Notes: generated by a model from the letters alone, not told the origin. Positions 9,209-19,037 are shown, counted from the stretch's first letter. The stretch: 32,000 bases of DNA from Moraxella nasovis (GCF_022701215.1 NZ_CP089976.1:900001-932000); one strand, 5' to 3'. Program-made: numbers and translations.

Positions 9209-11566
9209 TTATAACCCTGCTTGCTTTAACAAAGCACCAAAGCTACCCGTTTTATGGGTACTGCTACCTTTGGCAGACTTAGCACTTTTCTTCTGTAAAG
9301 ACTTAGGATAAGACGACTTTTTGGATTTACCGTCAGACTGCTCTTGCTTGGTAGATTTTTTCGGTTCTGATTTCATGCTAAATCCGATACGACCACGCTT
9401 TTCGTCCACGACAATTACACGAACCTTTATGATGTCTTGCGGCTTAACGATGCTTGCAGGATTATCCACGAAACCATCTGACATCTCAGAAATATGCACC
9501 AAGCCGTCTTGATGTACGCCCACATCCACAAAACAGCCGAACGCTGTAACATTCGTTACCACGCCCTCTAGCACCATGCCAACCTTTAAATCCTTAATAG
9601 AATTTACATCATCGCTAAAATTCGCTGTGCGAAACTCGCCACGAGGGTCGTGAGCGGGCTTGGCAAGCTCACAAAGCACCGTAGATAGCTGACTAAAATC
9701 ATCTAAGTCTTTATTTAAAGACATGGCTACCTGTTCATTACCAAGCACCTCATTTAAAGTTTTACCTGATTTTAATAAAATCTCATGAACCAAACCATAA
9801 CTTTCTGGGTGTACGCCAGTAGCGTCTAATGGTTCTGTGCCGTCCTTAATTCGCAAAAATCCTGCCGCTTGCTCAAACGTCTTTACGCCAAGTCGTGGAA
9901 CACGTTTTAGCTCTTCACGATTCTTAAATTCACCATTTGCACGGCGGTATTCTACAATCTGATGGGCAACGTTCTTATTTAACCCAGCAATGTGCGCCAA
10001 AATAGCAGGGCTTGCAGTGTTTACATCTACGCCGACCGCATTCACGCAATCTTCTGTTACTTTATCCAAACTGCTTTCAAGCTCAACTTGGTTCACATCA
10101 TGCTGATACTGCCCCACTCCGATCGCTTTTGGCTCAACCTTAACCAACTCAGACAATGGGTCTTGAAGTCGTCTAGCGATAGACACCGCTCCACGCACGG
10201 ACACATCAAGATCTGAAAGCTCATTACTTGCAAGCTCGCTGGCAGAATATACTGACGCACCCGCCTCTGAAATCACCACCGCCTTGGCGGATAAACCATG
10301 CTCTTCAATAATGGATTTGACAAGGCTTTCTGACTCACGGCTTGCTGTGCCATTACCAATAGCCACAAGCTCTACACCATAATCAGTAATTAAGTTTTTA
10401 ATGATGACTTTTGCTTCATCTAACTTCTTATAAGGCTCAAATGGATAAGCTGTATCTGTCGCCAGTACATCACCTGTGGCACTTATGACCGCCATTTTTA
10501 CACCATGACGAATGCCAGGATCGACCCCTAAAATCACTTTACGGCCTGCTGGAGATGCCATCAGCAAATGCTTAAGATTCTCAGCAAACACACCGATAGC
10601 ATCTGTCTCTGCCATGATACGTCTTTCAGTTAGCAGGCGATGCTCAATCTGTGTACGCCATTTGGTTGACCATAATTTCTCGGCAGTGCTTGCCAAAAAC
10701 TCGCCATTAGCAGCTGATTTATCTATATTAAAATGCTTTAAAATCATCTCAATAAACGGCTCATCTTCGCCATCAACGCTTAGCACCAGTACATTTTGTT
10801 GGCGACCACGCAACATAGCAAGTAAACGATGATTAGACAGCTTAGCAAATGGCTCACTGTGCTCAAAATAATCTTTAAACTTCTCGCCTGCCTCTCGCTT
10901 TTCTTCGCCGACAAGCTCGCTTTTAATGACTGCTGTCTGATTAAATCCTAGACGCACCGCATCTAACAAATCCAAAGACTGAGCCCATTCATCTAAAATA
11001 ATTGCCTGAACGCCTAAAAGCTGCTTATCATAATCATGAAAGTCCGCCTCAAAACTCTCACCTGTCTCATCGGTTAGTGTATCAGGGCAACTAAAGCCAT
11101 CTAATGCGATTTTTGGATCTGTACCTGACAGCACCGCCTGAGCGATGGGCAATAGCCCTGCTAATTTTGCACGGCTTGCGACAGAGCGACGACGTGGACG
11201 ATACGGCTGGTAAATTTCTTCTAGTTCAAGCTTGCTTGTGGCAGCCTCGATACGCTTACCAAGATCTTCTGTGTAGGCGTTTTGAGTTTTTAATAAATCA
11301 ATAATCTTTAGGCGACGAGCGGCAATCTCTCTTTCATACACTAAGTCTTTTTCTAGGCTACGCAATAACGCATCATCTAAACCGCCCGTCTTCTCCTTAC
11401 GGTAACGTGCAATAAATGGCACACTTGCTCCATCGTCTAAAAGTTCAGCAAAAGCGATAACTTGTGCTTTTTTTACGTTATTTTTCTTAGCAAGTTTATC
11501 AAAAATTATCATTTGGTCAATGGCGTTTTCGCTGGTACTTGGTGAATCGGTGCTAATCTGGATCAT
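9209..11566 (-). CDS. tex: Tex-like transcription accessory protein (YqgF/RuvX-like, HhH and C-terminal S1 domains) with a Lys/Ser-rich tail
   Basis: 785 aa. It has the canonical Tex N-terminus (...LLDDGASVPFIARYRKE.TGGLDD), the YqgF-like block (ILGVDPGIRHGVKMAVI) and an S1 domain (VGMVLEGVVTNVTAFGCFVDVGVHQDGLVHISE). Confidence 0.93.
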   Translation of the reverse strand: MIQISTDSPSTSENAIDQMIIFDKLAKKNNVKKAQVIAFAELLDDGASVPFIARYRKEKTGGLDDALLRSLEKDLVYEREIAARRLKIIDLLKTQNAYTEDLGKRIEAATSKLELEEIYQPYRPRRRSVASRAKLAGLLPIAQAVLSGTDPKIALDGFSCPDTLTDETGESFEADFHDYDKQLLGVQAIILDEWAQSLDLLDAVRLGFNQTAVIKSELVGEEKREAGEKFKDYFEHSEPFAKLSNHRLLAMLRGRQQNVLVLSVDGEDEPFIEMILKHFNIDKSAANGEFLASTAEKLWSTKWRTQIEHRLLTERRIMAETDAIGVFAENLKHLLMASPAGRKVILGVDPGIRHGVKMAVISATGDVLATDTAYPFEPYKKLDEAKVIIKNLITDYGVELVAIGNGTASRESESLVKSIIEEHGLSAKAVVISEAGASVYSASELASNELSDLDVSVRGAVSIARRLQDPLSELVKVEPKAIGVGQYQHDVNQVELESSLDKVTEDCVNAVGVDVNTASPAILAHIAGLNKNVAHQIVEYRRANGEFKNREELKRVPRLGVKTFEQAAGFLRIKDGTEPLDATGVHPESYGLVHEILLKSGKTLNEVLGNEQVAMSLNKDLDDFSQLSTVLCELAKPAHDPRGEFRTANFSDDVNSIKDLKVGMVLEGVVTNVTAFGCFVDVGVHQDGLVHISEMSDGFVDNPASIVKPQDIIKVRVIVVDEKRGRIGFSMKSEPKKSTKQEQSDGKSKKSSYPKSLQKKSAKSAKGSSTHKTGSFGALLKQAGL

Positions 11567-11909
11567 AAAAACTCTTTGTTTAAGGTGTGCCGATTATCGT
11601 GCATATTTGGACAGCTTTTATAGACTATACACTTAAAAATCGGCACACTGAGTAGATTTTGGGCGTGTGATAAATATTTCACACGTTTTAGCTAAAATGT
11701 GGGAATTGCCACAAAAACCTTATCATTATAGCAAGTTTTTAGCCAAACACCAAAACCAATCCGCTTTACCAAAAATACACAAAAAATGGCAGATTTTTTC
11801 ATTTTTTCACTAAAAAAGCATGGTATGATAGGGTAATTTAGATAAAGCAGTTACATTTTTTTGTGCAATGTTGTACACTAATCATAAGCTCACTGACGAA
11901 GGATTTCTT

Positions 11910-12644
11910 ATGACAGACTATAATGAAAACATCGCCCATCGTATCTTAGTTGTAGATGATGACGCCCGCCTTAGAGCCTTGTTGCAGCGGTTCTTAGAAG
12001 ATGACGGCTTTGTTGTTAGGGTAGCTCATGATGGTAAACAAATGGATAAGCTCATCTCAAGAGAGCTGTTCTCGCTCATCGTGCTAGACTTAATGCTCCC
12101 AGATGAAGACGGTATCGCCATCTGTAAGCGTTTGCGTGCCGAAAATGCCGACATACCTATCATCATGCTCACTGCCAAAGGCTCGGATGCTGACCGCATT
12201 GCTGGGCTTGAAGCTGGTGCAGACGACTATCTGCCTAAGCCGTTCAACCCCAAAGAGTTGCTTGCTCGCATTAAGGCTGTGTTACGTCGCCAAAATCGTG
12301 AACTACCCGGAGCACCAAGCCAGCAAATGGAAGTGGTGGAGTTTGGACCTTGGACACTTGACTTATCCACTCGCACATTAAAGCGTGATGGCAATGTCGT
12401 TACCTTAACAACAGGTGAATTTAGCGTACTAAAAGCATTAGTACAACACCCAAGAGAGCCACTCACTCGAGATAAGCTTATGAACTTAGCTCGTGGGCGT
12501 GAATGGGGGGCGATGGAACGCAGTATTGATGTGCAAGTGTCTCGCCTACGTCGTCTCATCGAAGACAACCCAAGCCAAGCTCGCTACATTCAGACAGTGT
12601 GGGGTGTTGGCTATTGTTTCGTGCCTGATGGTGCCGAAAGCTAA
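11910..12644 (+). CDS. ompR: OmpR-family response regulator, close OmpR orthologue
   Basis: Near-colinear with E. coli OmpR (ILVVDDD.RLRALL.R.L...GF.V; DYLPKPFNP(K/R)ELLARI(K/R)AVLRRQ; LTRDKLMNLARGRE..AMERSIDVQ(V/I)SRLRR; YIQTVWG.GY.FVPDG). The start at 11910 is preceded by AAGGA. Confidence 0.92.
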   Translation: MTDYNENIAHRILVVDDDARLRALLQRFLEDDGFVVRVAHDGKQMDKLISRELFSLIVLDLMLPDEDGIAICKRLRAENADIPIIMLTAKGSDADRIAGLEAGADDYLPKPFNPKELLARIKAVLRRQNRELPGAPSQQMEVVEFGPWTLDLSTRTLKRDGNVVTLTTGEFSVLKALVQHPREPLTRDKLMNLARGREWGAMERSIDVQVSRLRRLIEDNPSQARYIQTVWGVGYCFVPDGAES

Positions 12645-12670
12645 TCAATCACCACCAAAACACCAAAAAG

Positions 12671-12716
12671 AAAGGTTGGTACAGTAGACTACATTGTCTT
12701 TACTTGACCAACCTTT
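12671..12716. terminator. Long hairpin between convergent ompR and lptG
   Basis: AAAGGTTGGT (12671-12680) pairs with ACCAACCTTT (12707-12716). A-rich 5' flank and T-rich 3' flank. Confidence 0.6.
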
Positions 12717-12738
12717 TATTTGTCAGTTTATTTGTTGA

Positions 12739-13839
12739 TTATTGCTGATTAAGAAGGTAAACGCCCGCTATGGCACTGATAATGATAGGCAGTAACACCA
12801 TCAATAAAGGCGATACGCCTGTTGCCAATGCAATAAAGCCTGATAAGTCTGTCAAGTAGCTAAAAAGCAGTCCTGTTAATAACGCCATGACAATTCTTAA
12901 GCCTAAACTTTGATGGCGAAAAGAGCCAAAAACAAAAGAAGAAGCGACAAGCACAAGCGACAACACCGAAAATGGCGACAGCAGCTTTTGCCAAAACGAC
13001 AATTGATGCGGTAATGATTGTCTGCCTTGATAGTTCATCAGCCTTGCATGAGCCTGAAGATCGGTCAAGGACATATCATCAGGCTGTAATGTCAGCAGAC
13101 GCACATCAGACGGAGCGATAGGTAGTGCTAAAGTCTGAGTGTCTAAAGCGGTAGCTTGCACACCTGTGGGCGTGACGGTCGTCTGATGAACACCGTGCAT
13201 TTGCCATGTGTAGTTATCACTTGTATCTGGTATATTAGGTTGTGCGTTATAGACACCAAAGTCAGCTTGTACAACCTGAGATAGATTGCTATTAGCGTCT
13301 AGGCTATACCGCTTGGTCAAACCAAGTTTACCATCGCTGTCAGCATAACTGATATACACAATATCTTGACCCTTTGGGGTATTAAGCACCGACCAATAGC
13401 CTTGCACCGAAGCTAATGTATTAACTGGTCGATGAGCTTGTAGTGCTTGAGAATACTCCTTAGCCGCAGGCAGTGCAAACTGATTTATGCCAAGCGAAAC
13501 AAACACAAAGAGCATCGCAGGTATCATCGCCCAGCTAATAATCCGATATAAGCCAAGCCCTGCCGCTCTCATGCTGATTAATTCACTGTTTGTGGCAAGC
13601 ATGCCAAGCCCTAGAACCGAACCCAATAAAACGCCCGTTGGAATAAACTGCACCAAAAAATAAGGGGAGCGATACAAAATGTATAAAAATGCATCTTTAA
13701 AGGTATATGCATCGCTTAGGTTTTCAAGCTCGGACAAGTAAGCAAACACCATCTGCAGTAGCCATAAACCCACCACAGAACCTAGCATGGCAAGCAGCAC
13801 CGATGTCATCACATATCGGGGTAAAATCATCAATCTCAT
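12739..13839 (-). CDS. lptG: LPS export ABC transporter permease LptG
   Basis: 366-aa YjgP/YjgQ-family permease. It overlaps lptF by 4 nt (ATGA). The lptFG pair is divergent from pepA, as in E. coli. Confidence 0.9.
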   Translation of the reverse strand: MRLMILPRYVMTSVLLAMLGSVVGLWLLQMVFAYLSELENLSDAYTFKDAFLYILYRSPYFLVQFIPTGVLLGSVLGLGMLATNSELISMRAAGLGLYRIISWAMIPAMLFVFVSLGINQFALPAAKEYSQALQAHRPVNTLASVQGYWSVLNTPKGQDIVYISYADSDGKLGLTKRYSLDANSNLSQVVQADFGVYNAQPNIPDTSDNYTWQMHGVHQTTVTPTGVQATALDTQTLALPIAPSDVRLLTLQPDDMSLTDLQAHARLMNYQGRQSLPHQLSFWQKLLSPFSVLSLVLVASSFVFGSFRHQSLGLRIVMALLTGLLFSYLTDLSGFIALATGVSPLLMVLLPIIISAIAGVYLLNQQ

Positions 13840-14966
13840 GACGCACTCTCCTTGCTTAGGCGTAACCGCATGATGATACGTTCATGATAATTTAAATACA
13901 ATCCAAGTAAAACAAAACCAACAACCGCCACAGGATAAATCCATACACCCATCTTGCCTTTAGATATGGTCTCTTTTAGTGAGATGAGTACGATGACACT
14001 GGCAACAAATACAAATACAGCAGGCACAAGCTTTAGCCATCTGCCTTGGCGTGGCTTGGTCTGAGACAATGGTAATGCCAACATTACTGCAATAAGTATC
14101 AACCATGGTAAGCTTGCACGATAGCCAAACTCAGCTTGGATTTGACTGGCATTATTTGGTGATTTATTTTTCATGGCTGATAGCAATTGCCACGTCGTCA
14201 AGCCCTCAACTCTTTGTGAGCTAATATCTTCTGATGCTGCTTGTGCTAGACTGATACGATACCGCTCAAAGCCTATTTGGTTGTATTGACCTGTAGTCGC
14301 ATTTACCTCATAACGCCTGCCTTGATGTAGATCAAGCTGTATTGCACCGCTGTTATGACTCGTCTGCGTCATAGATTTTGCATAGATGATGGCATCTTTA
14401 TTTGGCTTATTGGGATTATCTGATGATTCGATGATGATGACGTCTTTTAGGTATTGTCTATCTTGACCGATTTCACCGACATACAGTTGATACTTACCTA
14501 CACTTACGAACGTTTTTGGCTTGATTAAGTCAAAAACCTGCACTACTGATTGCTCATGCCAAATGGTATCTGATCGATGCACACCCCACGGCTTGGCAAT
14601 AAACGTAATCCACGCCTGCAGCACGATAAACACCAAGATTAAAGCCCCAAGTTGCCTGCCAATTGCACCACGGCTTATCCCGCTACTGTTTAACACCGCC
14701 ATCTCATGATCGGCATACATTCTACCAAAGACAAGCATTAACGCCACAAAAAATGACAAAGGAAAAATCAGCTCTAAAAAATATGGCAAGTTATAGGTGA
14801 TAAGTGAAAACAGAACGCTGACACTTAGCCCGCCTTCTGCTGCCATACCAAAGTAACGGATAAAACGACCGCCAAGCAGCATCACGACCAAAAACCCAAG
14901 CACAAGGGTTGTCGTCATTACAACCTGTCTGACCAAATAGCGGCGTAAAATCACAAGAACACCCAA
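13836..14966 (-). CDS. lptF: LPS export ABC transporter permease LptF
   Basis: YjgP/YjgQ family. The N-terminus ..VILRRYLVRQV matches LptF MIIIRYLVRE, so the real start is probably the GTG at 14954. Confidence 0.9.
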   Translation of the reverse strand: MGVLVILRRYLVRQVVMTTTLVLGFLVVMLLGGRFIRYFGMAAEGGLSVSVLFSLITYNLPYFLELIFPLSFFVALMLVFGRMYADHEMAVLNSSGISRGAIGRQLGALILVFIVLQAWITFIAKPWGVHRSDTIWHEQSVVQVFDLIKPKTFVSVGKYQLYVGEIGQDRQYLKDVIIIESSDNPNKPNKDAIIYAKSMTQTSHNSGAIQLDLHQGRRYEVNATTGQYNQIGFERYRISLAQAASEDISSQRVEGLTTWQLLSAMKNKSPNNASQIQAEFGYRASLPWLILIAVMLALPLSQTKPRQGRWLKLVPAVFVFVASVIVLISLKETISKGKMGVWIYPVAVVGFVLLGLYLNYHERIIMRLRLSKESAS

Positions 14967-15122
14967 CTGATATAAAGGGCTTATTATAGCAAAAACCCTG
15001 ATTTTTTTTAGATTTTTTGATAATATTTCGCCAAATATGATACACTTTAGGTTGATATATTTTAGGCAAGCGATTTAATATCCATGCCACTTTTAGGTTC
15101 ATTTTTAAAAAAGGATTATGTT

Positions 15123-16622
15123 ATGTCAAAGTTTAATCTATCTGTTTTGCCAAAACTTAGCGAATCAAGCACTGCATCACACTTGGTTTTTTTTGCTGAT
15201 AAACAAGGCAATATACTGGGTAATGCTGCTGATGCTCTGGCAAATACCGCTCACCTTGAACGTGCTCAGTCGCTCATTAAAGCTGCCAATTTTAAGGGCG
15301 ATACAAACGAAGTTATCAGCGACTATGCTTTAAATAGCGACAACCCTGCTATTAGCGTTATCGGTGTTGGTGATACCAAAAACTTAGTAAACAACATAAA
15401 AAAACTGGCAACCACTGCCTACAAAACCATCAAAAACAGCGAAAGTGCAGCCATCATTTGGGGCGATGTCATTTGCCACAAGCACTTTACTTGGTTTAGC
15501 CTTGCCCTACTAAATGCAAGCTACCGCTTTGAAAATCATAAATCCAAAAAGTCGGACGCTGATACCATCAGCACCATCGCTTTTATCAATAATAAAGAAA
15601 GCGAAAATGACTATCAAGACGCCCTAACCCAAGTGCAAGCAACTTTCGTCGGTCAAAGCTTAGCCCGTGATGTCGCTAACGAAGCACCAAACGTATTAAG
15701 CCCAAGTGCACTTGCCAACGAAGCTCAAAAATTAGCTCAAGATTATAGCGATAAAGTGCGTGTTACTGTGCTTGGTGAAGAACAAATGAAAGAGCTTGGC
15801 ATGGGCTGCTTTTTAGCAGTGTCTCAAGGCTCAGATGAAGAAGGTAAGCTTGTCGTTATCGAATACTTCGGTAAGACTGCCAAATCAGACTCAGCCACAT
15901 TAGATAATCCGATAGCTTTAGTTGGTAAAGGAATTACTTTTGACACAGGCGGTATCTCGCTTAAGCCAGCTGCAGGCATGGAAGATATGAAATATGACAT
16001 GGGCGGTGCTGCTGCTATGCTTGGCACTACCAAAGCTGCATGCGAAGCAAATTTACCACTAGATATGGTAACTGTGCTTGCTTGTGCTGAAAATATGCCA
16101 TCAGGTCACGCCTCTAGACCGGGCGACATCGTTACTGCAATGAATGGCACTACTGTTGAAATCTTAAACACCGATGCCGAAGGTCGCCTTGTACTATGTG
16201 ATGCCCTATGCTACACCCAAGAAAACTACAAACCACAAGTTATCATTGATAGTGCGACACTCACAGGGGCTTGTGTGATTGCCTTAGGTAGCATACGTTC
16301 TGCCGTCTATACTAACGACGAAGATACGCTATTTGCTCTAGAATCAGCGAGTGACTTCACCGATGATTTAGTATGGCAAATGCCACTAGATAGTGCATAT
16401 GACGATCAGCTAAAGTCCACTTTTGCAGATGTTCAAAACATCGGTGGACGTGAAGCAGGCTCAGTAACAGCAGCTTGTTTCCTACAGCGATTTATTAAAG
16501 ATGGTCAAGCGTGGGCTCACCTTGATATTGCAGGCACAGCATGGCAGTCTGACATTAAAGGTGCAAGCGGTCGCCCAGTGCCTTTGCTTATGCAATACCT
16601 AAAAGCACAATCAGGCAAATAA
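15123..16622 (+). CDS. pepA: Leucyl aminopeptidase (M17 family)
   Basis: M17 signature NTDAEGRLVLCD and VGKGITFDTGGISLKP are present. The start at 15123 (MSKFNL) is preceded by AAGGA. Confidence 0.95.
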   Translation: MSKFNLSVLPKLSESSTASHLVFFADKQGNILGNAADALANTAHLERAQSLIKAANFKGDTNEVISDYALNSDNPAISVIGVGDTKNLVNNIKKLATTAYKTIKNSESAAIIWGDVICHKHFTWFSLALLNASYRFENHKSKKSDADTISTIAFINNKESENDYQDALTQVQATFVGQSLARDVANEAPNVLSPSALANEAQKLAQDYSDKVRVTVLGEEQMKELGMGCFLAVSQGSDEEGKLVVIEYFGKTAKSDSATLDNPIALVGKGITFDTGGISLKPAAGMEDMKYDMGGAAAMLGTTKAACEANLPLDMVTVLACAENMPSGHASRPGDIVTAMNGTTVEILNTDAEGRLVLCDALCYTQENYKPQVIIDSATLTGACVIALGSIRSAVYTNDEDTLFALESASDFTDDLVWQMPLDSAYDDQLKSTFADVQNIGGREAGSVTAACFLQRFIKDGQAWAHLDIAGTAWQSDIKGASGRPVPLLMQYLKAQSGK

Positions 16623-16654
16623 ACCATCTAAAATTTCGGCAATGCCAATATAAC

Positions 16655-16681
16655 AAAATCCCCCAATCATTGGGGGATTTT
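16655..16681 (+). terminator. pepA rho-independent terminator
   Basis: AAAATCCCCCA / TGGGGGATTTT stem followed by a T-run. Confidence 0.8.
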
Positions 16682-16708
16682 AGTTTAAAAAGTTTATCAA
16701 AGCTTAAA

Positions 16709-16908
16709 TCAAGGGCAATCGGCTACCAAAATACCGTTATTATCGGCATAGATATACGCCCCATCACGAATGGTTACACCACTAAACACAAAGTCATGTC
16801 TATCTTGCCTGCTCTTTTTCGTAAAATTTCCCATCAATATAAGGCGTTAACCTGTACGCCATCGCTATTATATCCATCTAGCAAATCACACGTTACAAAA
16901 TCTGTCAT
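16709..16908 (-). pseudogene. rraA: Internally deleted, frameshifted remnant of rraA (RNase E regulator RraA/MenG family)
   Basis: My translation of the minus strand starts with GAGGATAAGCA-ATG. It reads MTDFVTCDLLDGYNSDGVQVNALY*. After a +1 shift it reads LILMGNFTKKSRQDRHDFVFSGVTIRDGAYIYADNNGILVADCP*. The first block resembles the RraA N-terminus (E. coli ..[24 protein letters not shown]). The last block resembles the RraA C-terminus (..[24 protein letters not shown]). The roughly 100 codons in between are missing. Confidence 0.7.
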
Positions 16909-16972
16909 TGCTTATCCTCAAGACTTTAAAACTCTCTTAAAGATACCGTTTTATCCTTATCTTTTCAAAGTC

Positions 16973-17875
16973 TTACCACAAAAGTGTGCGAGTTGATTCA
17001 AAATACTGCTGCCTACCTGTCATTGGGTCGATAAATTGTAGCGATTTTGCCAATAACTGCAAAGGTTTTGTAAAATCATCTTTGGGCTGGTGGCATACCG
17101 TAGGATAAAATTCATCGTGTAAAATCGGCAAACCCAAATGAGTTAAATGCACTCTTAGCTGATGCAGCTTGCCTGTCGTGGGTCTAAGTTCATACTTAGC
17201 AAGATTGTCTTGCACGTCAAGCAGATCAATGAAGGTCTGCGAATTTGGCTCACCCTTTGTAACACGCATCGTATAAAATGGCTCGCCACGAGTCAGATGA
17301 AGCGATAACTCACATGGGAAAGCTTGGTTCTTACTGACAGGGGCGATGGCGTGATATACCTTAGTAATGCGATTATGGCGAAATAATGCTTGATAGCTGT
17401 CTCGAGTCTTTGGGTTTTTGCTAATCATTATCAGCCCTGCCGTCTGCCGATCTAATCGATGGATAGGTGATAAATTTTGATTATGCGTTTCATACTTTAG
17501 CCGAGTGAGTAGCGTTTGGCTGACATGACTTCCTGCTGGACTTACTGCCAAAAAGTGTGGCTTATCTACAATGATAATCTCATCATCTTCGTATAAAATC
17601 TTATGACTAAATGGCACTACCACCTCGCCATCAACCCAGCGATAATAATACACATTTTTGCCATAACGATAAGGTGTATCAAGACTTAAGGCTTGCCCAC
17701 ACTCATCTAATACTTGACCTGACAAAAAACGTTGCCGCCACACATCTTCGCTAATATGGCTAAACTTTTGGCAAAAAAACTCAAAAATCGTATTAGGATT
17801 ATCCATCATTTTTGGTAAATATACTACGCTTGGCGATACACCTTTTATCATTGGTAAATTATTCAAAAAGCCCAC
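16973..17875 (-). CDS. RluA-family pseudouridine synthase
   Basis: Catalytic motif HRLDRQTAGLIMISK is present, with the RluA-family block KVYHAIA. The GTG start at 17875 is uncertain; an alternative ATG lies at 17851. Confidence 0.85.
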   Translation of the reverse strand: MGFLNNLPMIKGVSPSVVYLPKMMDNPNTIFEFFCQKFSHISEDVWRQRFLSGQVLDECGQALSLDTPYRYGKNVYYYRWVDGEVVVPFSHKILYEDDEIIIVDKPHFLAVSPAGSHVSQTLLTRLKYETHNQNLSPIHRLDRQTAGLIMISKNPKTRDSYQALFRHNRITKVYHAIAPVSKNQAFPCELSLHLTRGEPFYTMRVTKGEPNSQTFIDLLDVQDNLAKYELRPTTGKLHQLRVHLTHLGLPILHDEFYPTVCHQPKDDFTKPLQLLAKSLQFIDPMTGRQQYFESTRTLLW

Positions 17876-17988
17876 CTATTACAAGCCACTTATTAACCTA
17901 AGATTATAATCTAAAACCACAACCAATCCCAACAACCACGACAACTTTTGGTATAATACCGCTATATACAAACCAATGAGTAATAACA

Positions 17989-19002
17989 ATGGCAGTAAAC
18001 TTCTCCGAAACACTCATCGTGGCGATCAGTGCTACCGCTCTTTTTGACTTAAGACATTTAGAAAATAAGTTAGCAGAGCTCACCACCAAAAACCCTAAGA
18101 CTGCCCCTAAGCAATTTCAAGAATTTGTTATCAGTCAAGAAAACAAACCTCTCGATGCAGGAGCAGGCTATCCCCTAATTAAAGCATTATTAAACCTAAA
18201 CCGCTACCAAACAAAAAAAGATTATCACGATGAATCGCCCTTAGTAGAAGTGGTCATCGTCTCAAAATCCACGCCAGATATGGGCGTCCAAGTACTAAAC
18301 GCCATTCGCCAACACGAACTGCCCATCACACGATCGGCGTTCGTCTCAGGTGATAGTGTGGCACGTTATATCGCTGATTTTGACGTAGACCTATTTTTAA
18401 CCACTAATCAAGCCGATGCTCAAGCGGTGGTAGATGAACGCATCTGTGCCTGTGCCATATTAGACGCCGCCCCCATTGATGTCAGCGAGCTTGATACCGA
18501 TCAGCTTAGAATCGCCTTTGATGGCGATGCGGTTCTGTTTGATGATTCAGGCGAGCTTGTCTTTAAACAAAAGGGATTACAAGCCTTTCATGAGCGTGAA
18601 AACCAGATGACTGACACACCCATAGATAAAGGCCCTTATGCTGACTTTTTAATTAAGCTGTCTGCCCTGCAAGCCAAACTCCCCACCAATATCAATGCCG
18701 ACAAAAGCCCCATCTGCATTGCCCTTGTAACCGCACGCAACGCCCCAGCGGACTTACGAGCCATAAAAACCTTACGTCAATGGGGCGTGACCGTTGATGA
18801 AGCCTTTTTCTTAGGCGGTATTGGCAAAACCAAAGTCTTACAAAGCTTCTTGCCACACATCTTTTTTGATGACAGCATTAAGCATATTGATGCTGCTCGC
18901 CATGTAGTGCCATCTGGGCTTGTGCCATATCACTCAACATCACCGCTAAAAAAATACGCACAAGACATCGTCTCTACAGATGAGCCTAATGATAATCCCT
19001 AA
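17989..19002 (+). CDS. 5'-nucleotidase, cN-IA-like bacterial family (PF06189-type)
   Basis: 337 aa with LRIAFDGDAVLFDDSGE...F (HAD-like DxDx motif) and ...ALVTARNAP...FFLGG..K..VL......FFDD. This is the typical architecture of that family, from memory. Confidence 0.75.
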   Translation: MAVNFSETLIVAISATALFDLRHLENKLAELTTKNPKTAPKQFQEFVISQENKPLDAGAGYPLIKALLNLNRYQTKKDYHDESPLVEVVIVSKSTPDMGVQVLNAIRQHELPITRSAFVSGDSVARYIADFDVDLFLTTNQADAQAVVDERICACAILDAAPIDVSELDTDQLRIAFDGDAVLFDDSGELVFKQKGLQAFHERENQMTDTPIDKGPYADFLIKLSALQAKLPTNINADKSPICIALVTARNAPADLRAIKTLRQWGVTVDEAFFLGGIGKTKVLQSFLPHIFFDDSIKHIDAARHVVPSGLVPYHSTSPLKKYAQDIVSTDEPNDNP

Positions 19003-19005
19003 ACC

Positions 19006-19037
19006 AAAACAGCCAACAAACGAAGTTGGCTGTTTTT
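19006..19037 (+). terminator. Rho-independent terminator
   Basis: AAAACAGCCAAC / GTTGGCTGTTTT 12-bp stem with a 7-nt loop. Confidence 0.8.

Noticed and set aside
11664-11685. TGTGA-N8-TCACA resembling a CRP/Vfr binding site.
   Set aside because: CRP-family sites have N6 spacing, and this one is N8. It is kept only as a hairpin/inverted repeat observation.
16670-16996. 108-aa + strand ORF in the track downstream of pepA.
   Set aside because: It starts inside the pepA terminator, has no RBS and has low-complexity composition. It runs antisense to the recognisable rraA remnant and into the 3' end of the pseudouridine synthase gene. It is best explained as a shadow ORF.
17904-18089. 61-aa minus-strand ORF spanning the intergenic region and the start of the 5'-nucleotidase gene.
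   Set aside because: It overlaps the well-supported + strand CDS start, has no RBS and has no recognisable features.
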